Shown here piece by piece: positions 1 to 12,121 of a stretch of DNA of 64,000 nucleotides; within the stretch, counting starts at the first letter, position 1; each line of letters opens with the position of its first letter. The notes below the pieces were generated by a model. It was given only the letters and a program-made list of their open reading frames with translations. It was not told the origin of the DNA and ran no database searches. A program made the position numbers and the translations under genes. This DNA is from Dimorphilus gyrociliatus (taxonomy: Eukaryota; Animalia; Annelida): assembly GCA_904063045.1 (NCBI GenBank), contig CAJFCJ010000006.1, positions 2,992,408 through 3,056,407 on the forward strand, given 5' to 3'.

Positions 1-688
1 AGCTCTTATCATCCTTTTTTCACGAGCTACATTTATCTTTTCTTTGATTGCTTCGGATTTTTTCTTCTCACTCAGATTTATTGCTGGTACATGAATATCA
101 TCCTTTAACGAATCTTTTTCCTCTGTAAAAAAACCAATTTTAATATATGCTTTATGTCACAGCATAGTCCTACCTTTCGATTTTTCAGCTGTTTGAAGAG
201 GTCGTAGACCAAGTTTAGCTCGTAAACGACTTAAAAAGAACATAGAGTTAGACATTAATAATTTGGCATATTAGTACTCACTTAGTTTCGTCTACGCTTA
301 GTGAAATATCTCCTCCAGCTGATGAAGGTGCTATATCATCATCTGTTTCAAAAATAGATTAGGTTAAATAAAACTGCTTATCGCTAAAAATGCAAGAAAA
401 CAAACCACTGTTAGACGCCCGTTTTGATCGTTTTTCTTCGTCTTTTTCATGGTCTTTGTTACGTTTTCTCTCTAAATCAGGATCCCGTTTGCTACCTTCC
501 CTTTCTCTGTCTCGTTTGTCTCCTCGCCTGTCTTCTGCACTAGGTTCTCTACGCTCCCTTTTCAAATTGTCGTCATCATAACTATCGTGGTCTCCCCGCT
601 TTCTTTTACGATCTCTTTTAGAATCTCTATCTCTTTCCTGATCTCTTTCCCGTTCCTTATCTTTGTCCTTGCGCTTCTTAGAACCCAT
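1..688 (-). CDS. SART1: U4/U6.U5 tri-snRNP-associated protein 1 (SART1/Snu66), 5' part; runs off the window start
   Basis: ATG at 688 (MGSKKRKDKD..., Arg/Asp/Glu-rich). Exons about 688-406, 342-282, 229-174, 122-<1 joined by GT-AG introns of 50-63 nt give GGDISLSVDETNRLRAKLGLRPL (the Snu66/SART1 HIND motif) followed by DIHVPAINLSEKKKSEAIKEKINVAREKR. Confidence 0.9.
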
Positions 689-1210
689 ATTCCTTAAATA
701 CTTCAAAGTTAGTAGAAAAACGTCTCTAGACCGAAGCGGAACCGGAAACGCAAATAATATCGTCTGCAAAGAAGTATAATTCCTTTTAAAACTCACATCA
801 ATAATTTCATTAATTGATCTTCCACACGGTGGAAAGTTTGATCTAAATTTATTCTATTTGTAATAAAGTCAAAGTATTTTGCATAATTTGATTTCTTCTC
901 TTTTAGATTAAAAGGCTTTCTTTTTAAAATCATTTTACTTTCACCGGAAGAAGAACTACTATAACTTTATGAAGTATTTCCTCAAATATATTCTCCAAAA
1001 CTTCTCATATTTTGGTGTTTAAACTCTACCACAGCTTCTTACAGTTTTTATTTATATTTGCAATGAGTTAAAGTATTTATCCGAAGGCAACCAATGAAAA
1101 AGTAGTATAAATACGAAAACAACCATACGGTGTTTCCCGAGAAAAAGATTTCACAAAAACATGATCGAAATGTTGGTTTTAACTATATTTATTTAATTTT
1201 CATTGTAACA
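689..1210. promoter_or_regulatory. Bidirectional promoter region between head-to-head SART1 and Pellino
   Basis: About 520 bp between divergent start codons; ETS-like CCGGAA cores near 743 and 944. Confidence 0.5.
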
Positions 1211-4049
1211 ATGCCTCAATCTTCCGAAAAGTAAGTATTCTAATTATTTAACTTATTTATATTTCTATGGAATTTTCGAAAACTTAAAGTCTTTGTTAAT
1301 TTTGCTTATCTTTGTTTTATTGTTTACCACAAGATAGTAATCGTCTGTTCGCAGCGTTGTATCATGTTTCCGCTGTCTTTGGCTCCTGTCCGTCCTTTTA
1401 TTTGTAAACAAGTCTTCTCCATTATGATAGAACTATCAATTTATATGTATTTGAAAAAAAAATTATTGTGTTATAATAAAAATATTCAGTTTCAATTAAC
1501 GGCCATGATCCTTTGTTTCAGCACTAATGAAAAGGAGGTAGCATCAACAAGTGTTGAACAGTCTCCTGAAGATTTAGAAGGATACGTCTATGGAGAACTT
1601 GTAGTGCTCGGATACAATGGTTCGCTTGGAAATGGTATGGACAAAGGAAGACGTCGTAATAAATTGTTACTAAAACGACGGTCCAAACCGTCTGGTGTGA
1701 AACCCTCTGTTAAACATGAAGTGAAGAATCCTCAACAGTGCGACCTGATTAAGAATACCTCTAAGCATTCTGTTTCCTACACTTTAAACAGACATCGTGC
1801 AGTTGTTGTACAGTATGACCACGATGAGAAAACAGATATGTTTCAAATTGGCCGGTCTTCTGAGCCCCAAATTGACCTTATTGTTATGGATACAATTCGA
1901 GGTGACGAAAGATCGAAATCAAAGACAGTTACTCAATCTACGATATCTCGATTCGCTTGTCGAATACTTATTGAACGAGAACCTCCTTTTAAGGCTAGAA
2001 TATATGCCGCCGGTTTTGATATATCCCGTAATATTTTCCTTGGTGAGAAAGCAACAAAATGGCAAACTGAAACAGACATTGACGGCTTAACAACGAATGG
2101 TATTTTGATAATGCACCCATCAAAGATACCAGGTAGAACAAGTGTTTGGAGAGAGGTGTCAGTGGGAGGGGGAATTTACGCACTCAGAGAATCAAGATCA
2201 ACGCCTCAAAAATCGAGTCTCATACCAGGAGAAGACAACGTACTGCAGGACGGTACGCTCATTGATCTCTGCGGAGCAACATTATTGTGGCGTTCATCAG
2301 CCGGCTTATACAATTCACCCAGCAGACGTGAATTGGAATCAAGGGTAGCCGAAATGAATGCCGGACGCCCACAATGTCCTGTTGGTCTGAATACGTTGGT
2401 TTTTCCAACTAAAGCAAATGTAAATAGTATTGATGGAGAACGTACGCCGCACGTTTATATGACCTGTGGTCACGTGCATGGTCAGCACAGCTGGGAAGCC
2501 GAGGGAGACGGAAAAGAAAGAAGAACGTGCCCAATGTGTAGAACGACTGGTCCGTTCGAAAAATTACAATTAGGCATTGAAACGACATTTTACGTAGATA
2601 ACGAACCCCCGACCCATTGCTTTTATCCCTGTGCTCATATGGCTTCAGAAAACACAGTCAAGTAAGCAATTTTTCATTAAAATAATATTTAATAAATTGG
2701 TATATTCGAGATATTTTTCTTCCTTACGAAAAAAAAAGAGATGCTAGGCCTGAAAGTTTTTTCTGTCTACTTTCATATTGCAATTTTTTTTATAACAGCG
2801 ATTCTTTTTTTTATGAACCAAATTTTCTTTTTTTTGTAAAACTATTAGCATATATGTAATTGGGGTAGAAATTCCATTGAAGTTAGATATCATTCTCTTT
2901 CCTTTAAGCTTTTACTCTTTGTTTTGTTTGGTTTTTTTTTTGTCTTTTTTTTTTTACTATCTCTTATATCACTCTTTATCATTCTTTTCCCGTTCTCTTT
3001 CCCCACCTTTTTTTCTTTTTTTACTTTCTACGAAAAATGATAAAAAGTGTATAGAAAATGTTTTATAAAAGATATTGTAACATTTGTTAAGAGTTGTTAA
3101 AGTATCACATTTGTTTAAGAATAACATAAGTATTGGGAAATGAGTAAATTATATGAAAGAAGCATTATGATTTTATCGATTAATTCTAACGTTCTACTTC
3201 ACTCGTCAAAAGCAATATCATAAAAATTAAGTAATTTACAGTAATATAGAGAATTAAGCATTTATTTTAATATATAAATATAGAATCTATTTATTATTAG
3301 TTTTTCAATTATAAACAAATACCTGTAATGTATAGACTTACGGTTATTATTTTTTAACTCTCCTTCTCATCTATATATATTATTATTTTGATGTTATTCA
3401 AGTATAACATGATAAACACTTGAGATAATAAAAACGTATATTTTTTTTTAAGGAGAAAATTTTTTTCTGCTTACCCTCCTCCCCCCACACCCCCTCCCTC
3501 TCTCTCTCTCGCACACACACACACATTTATATATACTCTCTCTCTCTCTCTCTCTATACTGCTCTTTCATTACCTGTTTAAAAATGAGGTCAATTATGTG
3601 TAATACGCCCTTCTTTATTTTACACCTATATTTAATATAAATCTATAGAAATTTTATTTTATATATCATGAAAATGAGCAGATTCTAGAGAAGGAGAGTT
3701 ACTTTTTTGGTTTTACTTACTTTTATCACGTGATATCGGGTTTATTTAAGGAAGACAATAGAGTAGGATGTTTAAGTTTGCTAAAGAAATAGGCGTACTA
3801 TCTTTGGATGTATGCTAATTTCAAATTGCTGAGTGAGTTAGATAGTTAATGAGATTTTTTTTGAAAGGTGTTTAGATAATAAATTAATCATCAAGTATAT
3901 TTTATTCTTTCTTTTTCTGCAGATATTGGTCGTCGATACCAATACCTCATGGTTGCCATGCATTTCAAGCCGTCTGCCCGTTTTGTGCGACGCCTGTAAA
4001 CTCAGAAACCGGCTACATTCGTTTGATCTTTCAAGATCATGTCGACTGA
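1211..4049 (+). CDS. PELI: E3 ubiquitin ligase Pellino (FHA + RING-like)
   Basis: Exons 1211-1230 (MPQSSEN), 1522-2661, 3923-4049, with consistent phases. Motifs YGELVVLGYNG, MFQIGRS (FHA), STISRFACRI, CPVGLNTL, CGHVHG, CPMC, and C-terminal YWSSIPIPHG..CPFC..GYIRLIFQ. Confidence 0.95.
3479..3560. repeat. Compound microsatellite (CT)n/(CA)n/(TA)n in Pellino intron 2
   Basis: ctccctctctctctctcgcacacacacacacatttatatatactctctctctctc is read directly from the sequence. Confidence 0.9.
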
Positions 4050-4228
4050 TTTTTTGTGTTGGCTAAAACGAAACTTTTTGCTTTTACTGTAGTTATTGTT
4101 TTCTCAGAGAAAACCAAAAGATACGAAAAAAAAGAGTTAATTATGACATTTTAAGATTTATTTTTTGTAATTTCATAAGCTATATTAATTTTTTATCCAG
4201 TCTTCCTCTGAAACAAAAAAAAATTTTC

Positions 4229-6229
4229 CTAAACTTTGTGAACATCGCATCCTTCTGCTCTTAAACAAGGTATTGAAGACAGGCTTATAGATCCTACTGG
4301 TTTTTCTTGATTTTCAGGTTTCTCTTTATCTTCTTCTCTTTTCTCTGTCTTATAACTGAACTCTCTATCTTTTGTTCCTTCATAATTTAGGCGCTTTTTC
4401 TCTTTCCTGATAGCGTCATATAGTTCCTTATGCAAGGTTACATCTGTGCACAGTGTTCGATGTTCTTCGGCTGTTATTTTGCACCTGAAACATTACGTCA
4501 AGTGTTAATTTTCTTGTTCACTTAAAAAGAACAAAGTTCTTTTTTCTAGAAATACGAGAACTGTCTGCAATTTCCTATCTCGATAATAACTACAATGACA
4601 GTCATTAACACAAATTAAGCAGGAGATGTGACACTGATATTTTTAAACCGAAAATCAATTTGGTATTTAAAACCTTTTTTAGAAATATCGAAAATACAGA
4701 AACACCAAAACAAATAAGTTTTTTTAATAATCCTATCAAAGACTCTTGTTTGAAGAGACCTGGATTGGATTTCAGGCTTTGAACAATTCAGTAGCCATCA
4801 GATGGCGCTATCCGAAAAATATTATTTGACAATTACCTGTTTGCCAAATCAGCAAATTCCTTATAAGGCAATATTTTTATCACTCTTTCACAGTAAGATA
4901 GACAAACAATTTTACTGCCTGTTTCCTTATCTCTAAGTAGGTCAAAGGAAATGTCAGCTGCAAATGGTGGCCATTTCGTTGAAAGTGAATCAAGACCCGA
5001 AAGCATAGTTGACAAAGTAGAATCATGAGCAGAGTATAAAAATAGCTTTTTATCCAGTTTCTCGAAGTTATTCAGGATAGTATCAAAAACTCTTCCAATG
5101 CCTAACTTTATACTTTGAGTTTTATATTCGGGTGAGGGTACTCTTATTTTGTTCATTGTTTTTACTACTGCTTCATCCATTTCGTCTTTTATATCTTCTA
5201 ACCAATCAAATATTGGAATATCATTGCCTTTCTTACATTGTATATTATCAAAACAAGCGAAGATAGGCATATCTGTCTTCAGAATTGTAAAACATTTTAA
5301 GCAATTATTGACTTTTCATTAATTTATACTACTTCTAATTTAAATTTGTCTTTAAGTAGATTTTCCAATTTTGTAAGTCCTTCTACTTCCTTAAGTCCAA
5401 CGATACCTAAAGTTTCAATTCCTTTTAAAGATTTACATCTATGCGATGCAGGATAAAGAAATTCATCTTTTCCTGGGGCAACAAAAAATTCCATTGGTTT
5501 TTCTAAATTTTTCCCCCAAATTCCAGCTGCAACGCATTGAAGGGTATCGATACATCGATTTATATTTGTTGATCTCATATAGACAAGCTGTGGATTAAAT
5601 TGTTCTGGTATAATTTTCCAAATATCCACATATTTCCTCTTCAGCCTTTGTCCTGGAAAGAAATCAAGTCTTGAATATTTTTTAAATAGAGCAATCTCTA
5701 TATTTGCTGAAAACAATGAGTATAATAATTGCTAATAAATATTTCTTTAGTATTAAAGTATCAATAATATTAGGTTTGGCTAAAGCGATGAATATCATCT
5801 ATTACCTAAACGAAAACCTTGTTCTCTTCCTATTTTTGTTAATTGGCCAGCATGGGTTCCCCCTTCGAACTTCCGTAATTCATATTTTCTTTCAATATTA
5901 GAAATAGGACGTGGACCACCATCCAGATCACGTATAAAAAAGGGGACTTCTGTGTGCGGTACAGATTGTAAAAGAGTTTTACTATCGAAACCAGGTTCTC
6001 CAACTGGTAGTTCTCTATTTAATGGAGTTCTAGATCCGTGTCTGAAAAAAACTTGAGATGCGATCATCTCATATTTTTCTGCCATTTTGTCCATCTTTTT
6101 CTCTTGAAGGTCATTTTCAATCAAAATTCTCTTTGACTTTTTAGTTCTTTTGCTTAGTAAGTACACTCCCAAACCAAGTGAAGATGTACCCAAAACTCCA
6201 AAAATGTAACTACGCTTAAGCCTAAACAT
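4229..6229 (-). CDS. ACP6: Lysophosphatidic acid phosphatase type 6-like histidine acid phosphatase
   Basis: Exons about 6229-5806, 5652-5333, 5276-4837, 4484-4229. Catalytic RHGSRTP and HD (YSAHDSTL) motifs, GQLT, RSTNINR, WPPFAAD. The N-terminus is basic/hydrophobic (mitochondrial-targeting-like). The last exon joins in phase (AG|G TGC). Confidence 0.85.
4795..4810 (+). promoter_or_regulatory. CTCF-like site CCATCAGATGGCGCTA in the last ACP6 intron
   Basis: Close match to the CTCF core CCASYAGRKGGCRS in AT-rich intronic DNA. Confidence 0.55.
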
Positions 6230-7248
6230 AATAGTTATCAGTTTCTTAGTTAGATATCCTTTAATTGAAATATTAAAATATCCCTTTTAGTCAAAAATGT
6301 TTAAATATATAGCAAAATGATGAAATTTCACAATATTGAGAAATCGACAAGAAAACGATTACTGAACGTTTTAAGTAAGAATAGCTTATGTAAAAAACGT
6401 GAGTTTTGAGCGAAAAGGAAGAAATAAATTCTAATAGACTGGTTTGAATTCCCGCAATAATTTTCAACAATAAATCATTGTTTCTTTTATCTGTTTTTAT
6501 CATTATTCTAATCAGCAATCAAATAATTGTCAAATATTAAAGAATAAAAGAAAAAACAATTAAAAATGTTGTCAATCGAATCAGTTTATTATTTTTGAAA
6601 AAATGCGAACATTTAAGTTATAAAAGTTATAATATTTATATAAATGAATATTTAAGTAGATATCTAACAAAGAATAGTAAAAAAAAAGAGAAATAGATGA
6701 AAAAATTAAAGAGAAAAAAATAGTTTCTAAGAATTCTCCATTAAAAAAGAATATATGTTAAAAGAATAAAAACAACTCTTTTTTAACATTATCAGGAAAA
6801 TTTTTTGGCAAATAGATGGCGTTGGTCTCTTATGAAACTTTACTAAAGTTAGTTATTTAAAAAAAAAAACAACGTAATATTAACTTAACTACCAAATTTA
6901 TGGATCTTGAAATATTCAATTTTGTAAAAATTCTATATATATATATTCCTTAATAGAAGATAACTTATAGAAAAATGTATTTTTGAGAATATCAAAATAG
7001 TTAACAAATGTAAACAAAGTTAAATTTTTTTTTTAAGCAGATCCTTGATATTCTAAAAGAGAAGTTATATTGATTAAACTCTTACATTTCATGCAACTAA
7101 GTATATATACAACTTTTAAAAAAAAATCATTATTCTAAGTCTTTAACTTTTCCTGATGCAGCAAAAAAAGAAAGGGAATATGTAAGTAAATGGAATGTCT
7201 TTAACATTATAAAGACGACTTTGTTACAAATACCATGCTGTTTTGTTT

Positions 7249-8959
7249 CTAACGTTCATGTTTTTGATTAATAAAATGTAAAGTGAAATCGTTTTTATCC
7301 GTGCATTGTTTGTCACAGATAGCACATTGCCAAGGAGATTCTGAACCATGTAAACTAACGTGTAAGAAGTACATAGCTCTCTCAAAGAATATGATATCAC
7401 AATGATGACATCTAAAAATTTTCCCTTTACATAAATAATGATCAATTACATCTTCTAAGTCAGGCATTGGTCCCTCCTCGTCGTCGCATTGAACGATAGC
7501 ATCGGTAGACGGTTTATTATTTACCTGTTGAATATGAATCGGTTGCTTCTGTTGTACTTGTTGCGGAGGAAGAGTTAGAGTAACTTGTTGCATTTGATGC
7601 TGTTGTTGATTGTTAAATCCATTAACCGGAGGAAGAGGATGCTTGATACTATTATTATTAACTTCCATAACGTGATGAACAGGAGCGGGGGTTGAATAAA
7701 CAACTTGCGTGTTACAAGGTGGAAACATATCGTGAAATGTTGGAAGCGGCTGCTGCACCGATTTTACAGGAGATTCCGTTGTGTCAGGGTCGGGGGGATA
7801 CTCGGTAGAAAACGTTGGTACAAGAGGTTTAACCTCGTCTTCTGGTTCGGGTTTTTCAACTTCACTCTTCATTCTAGCAGCATCTGCCAAAGTTGTAAGA
7901 TTATCTAATGGGTTAGGAGTAACGACTTGCCGTGAATGAGCCATCTGAGGTTGGATTTGTATCTCATTGTGAATATTGTGGGGCGGTAGTCCACCTATAG
8001 CAAAACAATAAAATTTCACGTTAACAAAATTATTCCGAATATAAAAGATAAAGAAGGCTTAAATTTCAAGTGTGACTATAAGCTAATCTTACCGGCATTG
8101 TGAGGAGGTTTAATATCGATCAACTGTGGCTTGTGTCTTGCTTCAGTGTGAGTCGCTAAATCTTGAGCTGTTTTTGCTCTATAGCTGCATAAACTGCAAA
8201 CGAGTGGTGGGCTTGGTGGATGGCTGGAAACGTGAGCATTTAATTCATCAAGCGTTTCGCACTTTTTACCGCACATGTGACACGTAAAAGTCTTTCGGTG
8301 TACGTTACGATGTTGAACCAAATTAGATCGTGCCGCAAATCTTTTATTACAAACCGGACAAGCATAAGGTCTATTTCCATAATGAAGATTTTGATGTTCC
8401 AGAAGAATATGCTTGTAACCAAATTTTCTGTTGCATATTGTACATTCGAAAGGCTTTTCTCCCAAATGTGTCAAACGCAAATGCCTTAAAAGGCCATTTT
8501 TGTACCCGAATTGTTTTCCGCATAGTTTGCATCTGAAATAGGTTAGGCCTTCTATATATATAGTAATAGTATTGAATTACGCGTACATTTGTACAATACG
8601 TAGTTTAACCTAGAATATTATCAATAAGTCATATTAAACTCTTATTAAACGTACATGTATTTTCCGTCGGGCGTTGGTATTTGATGTTGAGCTATTAGTT
8701 CTTTGGCGTGTTGTACCAGAACCTCCTTGTTCTCATAGGCATAATTGTTCCTGTTAGCTAAATGGTCAACGGTTTCTTCTATTTGTCTAGGCTCAACAGT
8801 CTCAGCATTTGTAAGTGTTTGGTAAGTGACTGTTTCGTCTACATCGATTGACGTGCTTTCTTCGATAAGACCTAGCGGAGTTGTGTGAATGTCATTGGAG
8901 ATTACCTCCGTCTCAATAGCTTCCTCTTGAATACTCTTAACGGCCGTTTCAATCTCCAT
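7249..8959 (-). CDS. C2H2 zinc-finger transcription factor: 5 N-terminal fingers plus a C-terminal Ikaros/Hunchback-type finger pair
   Basis: Exons 8959-8655, 8532-8093, 7994-7249. Fingers CKLC..HLRLTH, CTIC..HQNLH, CPVC..HRNVH, CHMC..HVSSH, CSLC..HTEARH. A Gln/Pro-rich linker leads to FRCHHCDIIFFERAMYFLHVSLHGSESPWQCAICDKQCTDKNDFTLHFINQKH. An acceptor just before the ATG suggests an upstream exon. Confidence 0.85.
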
Positions 8960-10774
8960 TCTAAAAGCAAAGAATCTTTAAAGCCCATATCAAGCCATAT
9001 GGTAACTAAAAAATCGATATTATCTATTCGAAAGAGGGTCATTCCCTGGGTGATTTAATGAAGCCAATCCTAAACATTAACCCTTTATAATAATCGAATT
9101 ATTGTTTGAGAATCTACGATAAAATTTAATATTTTGCGTTTTAGGTCAAATTCTTAACAGATATTCTAAGCTTATATATCTACATAAGGACAATAATGCA
9201 CGTTTCAAAACATAACAATAGCCTGTTTTCGATGAATACCGCTTTAATGCTCCGAATACAACGCGCCATGTTTTTTTTTACTTTATTGAGCCGTGGGGTA
9301 ATTTCAATACATAATTTAGTTACTATGAGACAAACTCTATGCGACTGTATTAGAAAATTATTAGTCTGTGTTAAGGGAAATAAATGAGCGAAATTTGCGA
9401 TATTTAATGCCGTAAAGCAAAATGGCGTATTTTAACGAAACTTTCCAAAAATGATCACAAACTATTTTAAATCTTTTTTTTAAACAAAAAGGAGTAGCTA
9501 TCGGACAAGACATGAGAAATGAATCTGATAGCTATAAAATCTTATAAATGATCTTTAGAAGCAAATGCTTATAAGCATTTTATATCGTTACACCCCAACC
9601 TCCGCCCATGGCATCCGCGTATGCAGACATGGCTTCCTTTTAAAAAAAGACTTTTTCATGTTCATGTAGATCATCTCAACGACATTAAATAAAAACATAG
9701 TATTAATAATCGTATTACACGATTTAGTACTTTGTTTTAAATGTAACTACACGAGTAATATATATTAATAAAGAGGCCAAGAATTATATGAATAATATTA
9801 TATTATACTAAAGAGATAAGGGGCCCAGGCAACAAGCCAAGTCTAGCCTTCTACAAAACAGTATGACAAACTAAACAATACTAAACAGAAAAAAGTACCA
9901 ATACATTATATCAGAGAAATACCAACTTTCTTGAAAATATTTACCTTTACGATATTCAGTAAAAAACGCCTTTTCCACTTTCGGCCTGTTTTTGCCTACT
10001 ATGCTTCGCTAAGGTGTTCCACTCACCTGTCCAACTGATTAGCATATCAAACAAGCTTCGACTGGTTGGTGAGTCATATCAAGCTTGGTAAAATTGTTTA
10101 GTATTGATAAGGCTTGAACAAAGTTTTCGTATCGATTATTTAGTAAAACAACACTTGGGTCTTCTTTAAAAAATGGCGGTCGGACGTCCAATATGGCGTT
10201 GTTTGTGTTAATAGGAGAGAACACTTTCCCGAAGCGGCCTAAAGATAAACTAGCCGGCGCGAAGGTCGCGTTATATAGGCCTAACAAGATCATAGGGTTT
10301 AAGAGGTCAAAAGCAATACATAACAGCGCCATCAAGCGTCTATAACTTTATCTAAACATTTCTTTCTAAGTAACATTCATATATCAGTTTAATACATGTA
10401 TAGTAATATTATAGTATTATTATTAATATTAATATTAATAGTATTTAACTATTTTTGCTATTTCTAATATTTAGTTAGTAATAGTTAGAAATTAGGCCTC
10501 CATCTACATTTTTTTCCTATACTAAGACACAATAGTTAATATTCTTTTTTTTACATAGAAATAGTATTAATTTAAATGAAATCATTTAGGGAATTGTAAC
10601 AAAAAAAACAACAACATAATATAACAAACTGAATTAAATTAGGAAACGTATAATCTTATAATATTGCATATAATAAACGTGTGAAAACGGTGACATTTCA
10701 ACTATATTATTGTTGATTAACAGAGAAACAGTTGATAGGAACTATATTTGCTTGTGATCATTATATTGATCGAC

Positions 10775-11894
10775 ATGTCTTTTATGTTGCTCTTGGAGCT
10801 GCTTCAAATGCGGTAACTAAGGCTCATCCTTGCTAAAGATTATTACTGCTATATAGTTGTGCATTCTGATATTGATACCTTTGTTGGATGATTTCTAATC
10901 GCTTTCAATGTTTAGAAAATTTTCGAGAAAACCGTGTGTCATTGAATACGAAAAATATACGGAAAAAGGATATGATTCAGATGAAAGAGCTCATCGAAAG
11001 TGTATTGAAGGTTACTATCGAGTATCTCAACCAGAGCGGTTTAAAGTTATAGGAAGTCGGCGATGGGGTGATGAAATTGATGCAAATTACAATCCTCCTC
11101 GGTTCACTGATTCCTCTGTCCTAATGGATCCTACAACAATGAAGAAGCCAATTTGGGCTGATTTACCAGAGAGTCAACTGTTCAATGTTCTATGGAATCA
11201 AGAAGACGAACTTGATGGGAGAAAAGTGAATAGAAAAAGCTTTGAATGCGATTACATAGTTGGACCAGCTTGTAAAGCTGATTTAGGACGATGTAATTTA
11301 CCATTGAATCCCAAAGGAAAAACGGGTATTGTAGGTCGAGGAATACTTGGACGCTGGGGGCCAAATCATGCTGCTGATCCTATTGTAACTAGGTGGAATT
11401 TAAAAAACGACGGGACAAAAGTTTTACAATTTGTAGCAATAAAACGGGGCGATAATGGCGAGTGGGCTATACCTGGTGGTATGGTGGAACCAGGGGAAAA
11501 TGTAAGTCAGACTTTAATAAAAGAGTTCTGCGAAGAAGCATTAGGAATATGGGAAGAAGAGAGTAAAGATATATCCTTAGAAACCAGAGAGGAAAAACGA
11601 ACAGAAATTGTTAATGAATTAAAAGAATTTTTCGAGGAAACTGGTGTTAAAATTTATTCAGGATATGTTGACGATCCAAGAAATACGGATAATGCCTGGG
11701 TTGAAACTACAGTTTTCAATTTTCACGAAACTGATTCTAAAACTGTCAGCAAATATAATCTAAGGGCTGGTGACGATGCTATCAATGTAAAGTGGATGAA
11801 TATAGATGAATGCCAACAATTGTATGCAAGCCATTTAGACTTTGTTAGAATGGTTGCAGAGAAACACGTCGTTCCAATGAATACAGATTTGTGA
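10775..11894 (+). CDS. NUDT9: ADP-ribose pyrophosphatase NUDT9-like Nudix hydrolase
   Basis: ORF 10908-11894 has PLNPKGKTGIVGRGILGRWGPNHAADPIVTRW, the Nudix box GGMVEPGE..KEFCEEALG, GYVDDPRNTDNAWVET and AGDDA. A phase-compatible upstream exon 10775-10812 is possible (intron 10813-10915). Confidence 0.93.
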
Positions 11895-12121
11895 ATTGTG
11901 AATAAGATTTCAGCGTGTTTCGTTTTTTGTGGCGAGTATTTAATTTTTAAATATCTTTACGGTTCCAAGATGAAGTTTGTCATAAAAATAAGAATTTAAT
12001 ATGAAACGGAAGACCCAGTCGTCAAACGTCATTTTAAATATTCATTGCTGAATTTAAAGTCTTTTCAATCGATCAAATTATCTATTAAGATATATTCAAT
12101 AGATTAACGATCTTTATTGAG

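Noticed and set aside
359-796. ORF-track start at 796 for SART1 and read-through to 359
   Set aside because: The upstream 36 codons are non-homologous. The likely start is MGSKK at 688, and the ORF end is intron read-through.
1364-1521. N-terminal 50 aa of the long Pellino ORF
   Set aside because: It lies in an intron (GT 1231 to AG 1521) with poly-A/T composition. The short exon at 1211-1230 joins in phase.
6291-6518. 75-aa ORF upstream of ACP6
   Set aside because: AT-rich low-complexity sequence with no recognisable motif or splice context.
10039-10335. 98-aa minus-strand ORF as an independent gene
   Set aside because: No recognisable domain; it overlaps a motif-rich promoter island. At most a uORF.
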